From Neophaeotheca triangularis (Eukaryota), in assembly GCA_054600435.1 (NCBI GenBank), contig BAAIJX010000001.1, positions 124,001 to 188,000 on the forward strand: 64,000 bases of DNA. The letters are read 5' to 3'. Every line of letters starts with the position of its first letter. Position 1 is the first letter of the stretch. Position numbers and translations under genes: made by a program. The notes beneath the pieces were generated by a model. That model ran no database searches. It was given only the letters and a program-made list of their open reading frames with translations, and was not told the DNA's origin. This document shows positions 60,203-64,000 of the stretch, one piece after another.

Positions 60203-62273
60203 GCGCTGCAAGCTTCTACTGCAGAGCGAGTTGTGTGGTTGCGTCGTGTTTTTCTTTGCGACATGGGCTACGGCCTTCCGAGTGTGCTTGTGGCTGGGAG
60301 CGTGAGCTCCCACTGCCGCTTTTGCCACGTCGTTAGTAGTACGTAGCAGTTGAATCTTTTCGATGCTGTTCACTCTCCTATCGCTGTCACGTGAGTCACT
60401 GTAGTGCCCGCAATACTCTCGATGTGCTTCAACTTTTGCTTGACTTTTTACTCCTTGAATTTGCTCTCGGCGGCTTCACCTCCTGAAAGCTTCACGCTTG
60501 CCCTCTAATTCTCGACTACAAAAAACTGATACATGCAGCAGTGATACGGTATTTCCCCCTTACAAAGCTCAACCCAAAGACGCCAAGGCGCGAGAACACT
60601 GTCATATTAGACCTCAAAATCTGCTCCCGGCGGACTTGCGTCCACAGAATCACCGCAATCGATCCATGCTCTGAGATATCAATGAAAGCCGCCTTCCCAA
60701 TACAGACTTCTCCGCCCACTTAATGGTTTCGTATAGTACGCCGCGAAGCAGCAGATTCCATATGTCTTTGTAAAATATCACTGTTCCCGGCGACTTCAAC
60801 CCCTGAAACCCCCGACAGCTCTGTCTACTTTCTACAGGTCAAAGGCACGGACAGCGGCAATGACAACTAGTCGATTTCTCGGCGACTTCGCCCCTGAGTT
60901 TTCTGAGATCCATGCCGCGATCGGGCAGGCCGAAAGGCGAGTCCCAGAACCCACGTGACATCCTTCTTCGTTATCCCTCTGGACCAGCTCGAATACGCCG
61001 GGAAGTGAAGCTTGCGGGTTGCTGCTGATGTGCCTTTAACAGGGTGCGATTCAATGTCGAAAGGTTGCGGAATGTATGCCCTATCGTAAGGGCCCTTTAC
61101 CCCCATCGATTGCTCTGCTAGTTATTTTGTCAAGCAGGCTTACCGCCGCTTGCAGAAAGCGGTTCCTGGGGTCGATACGTACCCGGCAAACTCATCCTCC
61201 CCGACACCAAGCTCCAAAAGTCTCCAGACTCACCCGTCGCGAAGTCAAGAGGGAGAGAGAGAGAGCCCGCGGGCACCCTACAGCCTGTATTCATTCAGCA
61301 ATCTCGAACAGGCCGCCCATTCTTGACCCGACTCCCTACTCTAGCATTTGGTCCCCGACAATACCAGCGCTTCCCTCACGGTCAGAGACTCACTTCAAAG
61401 CCCTCATGAAAATTGTCCGGCACCACGGGAAAAAGGATGTCTGCATCACTCGATTAGTCGTCAGATCCCGAGAAAGTGACCACCACCACTACTTGCTCTA
61501 CGTTCGCTCAAAAGCCCAAGCATCGCAGATGAGCCAACCCAAGCCATGCCATCCCCGCATAGCCCTTGCTCATCAGTCGGATAAGTAGGTGGTTTCGTCT
61601 CCTAAAACGTCGAATTGTCGTCGTCGTCATCACTCGACATCCATGTGTCGAGCGCCGAAAGCAATCTCCCCCCAAAACCATCTGCCTCTCCCGCTGCGCA
61701 CCATCTTCTTTCTTCTCCCGGCCTCGTCGCCCTATCTACGAGTCCTCTCTTTGCATTCGCTGCGTCTGTGGCACATGCCACCGAGCACCCGAAACCATCC
61801 GCTATAGAAATCCACACGACTACCTGATTCAAAGCCCAGTGATCCGTCTTCCTCGACCGCGGATGGCGAATCGACTTGTCCAGTCGAGTGCAGCTATCGC
61901 TTCTGCGGGCGCCGTCGCGACTAAACCAAAAAAAAAAAAGGGGGGGGGGGGACGGAAACGCAGTCCCACTAAACTCCCCAAGACCACCATAGTCACGAGC
62001 CGAAGCAGCGCCAAAGGACTCCCAACCCTCTTGCCCTGAAAGCCTAGAAAAGAGGGGAAAAAAAAAAGAAAAAAGAAAACCATCATCAAGCAGTTAAGAA
62101 ATTCGGTGTGCGCTCGTTACAAAAGAGGCCCGAAGCAGAGTAACAGCCCCAGATAAAGAAGAAGCTAGTGAAAAAAGAAAAAAAAGAGGAAAGAAAGGAA
62201 AAAAACGCACAGCCAGAGCGCCCGAGTGCCAAGTACTTGTCTCGATAGCCAGGAGTAAGAACTACGAGTAGGA

Positions 62274-62300
62274 AGTGAGAGTGAGAGTGAGAGTGAGAGA
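62274..62300. repeat. (GAGAGT)n hexanucleotide repeat
   Basis: gtgagagtgagagtgagagtgagaga. Confidence 0.75.
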
Positions 62301-62728
62301 GGGGGATTGATCTCTAGTACTCAAGAGTAAAACCCCCAGAAAACCCCCCCCCCCCCCCCCTTTGTCCCCAAGTGAGAACTTTCTCCCAGAAAAAACAAAA
62401 CTTGACCAGCAAAGTCTTGACCCAGAACAATTTCTTTCTTCCGCCGTCCCAAACTCCATCCTATCATATGCCCAGTGGTGAATTTTTTTCCCGATCCCAG
62501 GCGCCAGTAATCCATATTTCTTTCCCCATTGCCTTGTTGAAACCGATTCCGTGATACAGTAAACCCCAGCCTGAGAAAATACGAAAAGGGGGGAGAAAAG
62601 CACTCCGGCTCGACCTATCCAATGCCGGGAGAAGATCAACGATAACGCTCAGAAAAAACACACACGAGACCATAAACATCGCTCTCCCACCCTTGCATCC
62701 CCATCACCTCTCTCCCACAACTCCCCAC

Positions 62729-64000
62729 TCATTCCAAAGCATCACTTCCCTCATACCGACTCAAATATGCATTCAAAGTTCTCTCGTCCAACACCTCGCC
62801 AGCGACGATCTCATCACCATCCTCTGTCAAAACGGGACTAGCTTTGCCCCGACTCGCGCTACCCTGACCACTGCCCCTACCCTGCGTAGGTGGGCCTTTG
62901 GAGCGCGAAGACCCTCTCAGCATGGCGGTCAAGTGGTCGATACTGCCGTTGAACCAGCCGGTGGAGGGGTTGAATTGTGGGCTCGGATGGAGGACGGCGT
63001 AGAAGTCTTGGTCATTATCGTTGTCGGAATCGGAGTCGGAGTCGCCACGGTGGTGGGGTAGAGAGCGGGATTTCTGGGGCGGAGAGGAGAGGTGGTCGAG
63101 ACCCGGAGGTGCGGGGACTTTGAACTCGTAGTTGATGCTGGGTTCGCCGCCGTAGCAGTCGTCGGTGGAGGAGTCCGAGGGGACGTCGTTTTCGTCAAAG
63201 TTGTAGAAGGAGTTTTCTTCGCCGTCCGAGGCGGGAAATCCGGATACGATGAAGTCGTCGACTTCTTCGTCGTCTTCGTCTTTGGCGGAGGTTTCGTCGC
63301 GGGATTTGGTCAGGTCTTCGTCCTGCGCGGCTTTGGCGCTGATGCCTTGGGAGAGTTGTTTGCGCAAACCGGCGAGGACGTCTTTTAGCCGCGCTTTCGA
63401 GCGTTGAGTGGGCATCTGCTCCATTTGGAGTTCGATTTCGGCGATTTGGGTGAAGAGGTTGTTGATGTCCGCGTCGAGGGCGGCAGCATGGGCGCCCGCG
63501 TCGGTGTTGGTTTCGACGGGTTCCGAAGGGGAGACGTTGCCGGCGGGGGCCAGGACGCCTTCAAAGGCTCGCTCGAAATCGCGGATCATGGTGCGGTCAG
63601 GGATGGCAAAGATGATTTCTTTGATACCCTCCCATTGCTCCGTGTTGGGTCTTCGTTGTCGGGGACTGCCTGCGATGACTTTGCGCCAGATTTTGGCAAC
63701 CTCTTTGACAGGGTTGCCGTATGCGCCACATCCCCAAGCTCCGAGGACGACTCTTTCGGCGCCTTTGGCTTGAGCCATACGGAGGACGGCTTTCATTTTG
63801 CGGGTGACGAGCTCACGGTCTTGATCGCAGTAACTCACGCCGCAGCTACATCCTTCGCTTCTCCGTTCCGTTTTTCCACTGACATCCGGGAAGCGGAACA
63901 TACCAGACGTAATGACATCAACAAAGAACCGATCACGCTTTTCGAGGTCGTTGGCTTCGGGCATGTCGTCACGAAAAACCATGACGTCTGGGGTGTAGAC
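62729..64000 (-). CDS. 5'-truncated microbial-type PARG / TIGR02452 (DUF2263)-like macrodomain protein
   Basis: VYTPDVMVFR; DVITSG; KMKAVLR; VVLGAWGCGAYGNP..VA; long acidic tail; frame runs off the window end. Confidence 0.8.
   Translation of the reverse strand, partial: VYTPDVMVFRDDMPEANDLEKRDRFFVDVITSGMFRFPDVSGKTERRSEGCSCGVSYCDQDRELVTRKMKAVLRMAQAKGAERVVLGAWGCGAYGNPVKEVAKIWRKVIAGSPRQRRPNTEQWEGIKEIIFAIPDRTMIRDFERAFEGVLAPAGNVSPSEPVETNTDAGAHAAALDADINNLFTQIAEIELQMEQMPTQRSKARLKDVLAGLRKQLSQGISAKAAQDEDLTKSRDETSAKDEDDEEVDDFIVSGFPASDGEENSFYNFDENDVPSDSSTDDCYGGEPSINYEFKVPAPPGLDHLSSPPQKSRSLPHHRGDSDSDSDNDNDQDFYAVLHPSPQFNPSTGWFNGSIDHLTAMLRGSSRSKGPPTQGRGSGQGSASRGKASPVLTEDGDEIVAGEVLDERTLNAYLSRYEGSDALE

Noticed and set aside
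61076..62089. Several 70-170 aa ORFs in the 60.2-62.7 kb gap
   Set aside because: Low-complexity, overlapping in all frames, no motifs

Overview
Gene-dense 64 kb of a filamentous-ascomycete (Pezizomycotina) nuclear genome, inferred from short 48-195 nt spliceosomal introns with CTRAC-type branch points and from protein similarity. It holds about 30 protein-coding loci, mostly housekeeping: Clg1-like cyclin, MDM10, MRT4, RPL32, cullin-4, an EF-hand protein, SamB/Mub1, a pectin lyase, a CorA transporter, a rhomboid, MRPL10, IRC6, SMD3, GEP4, CHS7, GPI12, an OHCU decarboxylase, an ADF-H/PH protein, TRS31, LAS1, a NAD kinase and a partial microbial-type PARG. The most unusual part is 27.2-30.1 kb. 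It holds three tandem, same-strand, strongly diverged genes resembling only the N-terminal part of Ty1/copia Gag; two are intact and carry apparent 5'-UTR introns, one is frameshifted. No pol, zinc knuckle or LTR pair is visible, so this is a candidate domesticated-Gag array. Also notable: a highly structured SMD3 intron, two GC-AG introns, a probable GAG 3' splice site and a frameshifted GPI-type protein gene. All family assignments come from recognising motifs by eye; no database searches were run.
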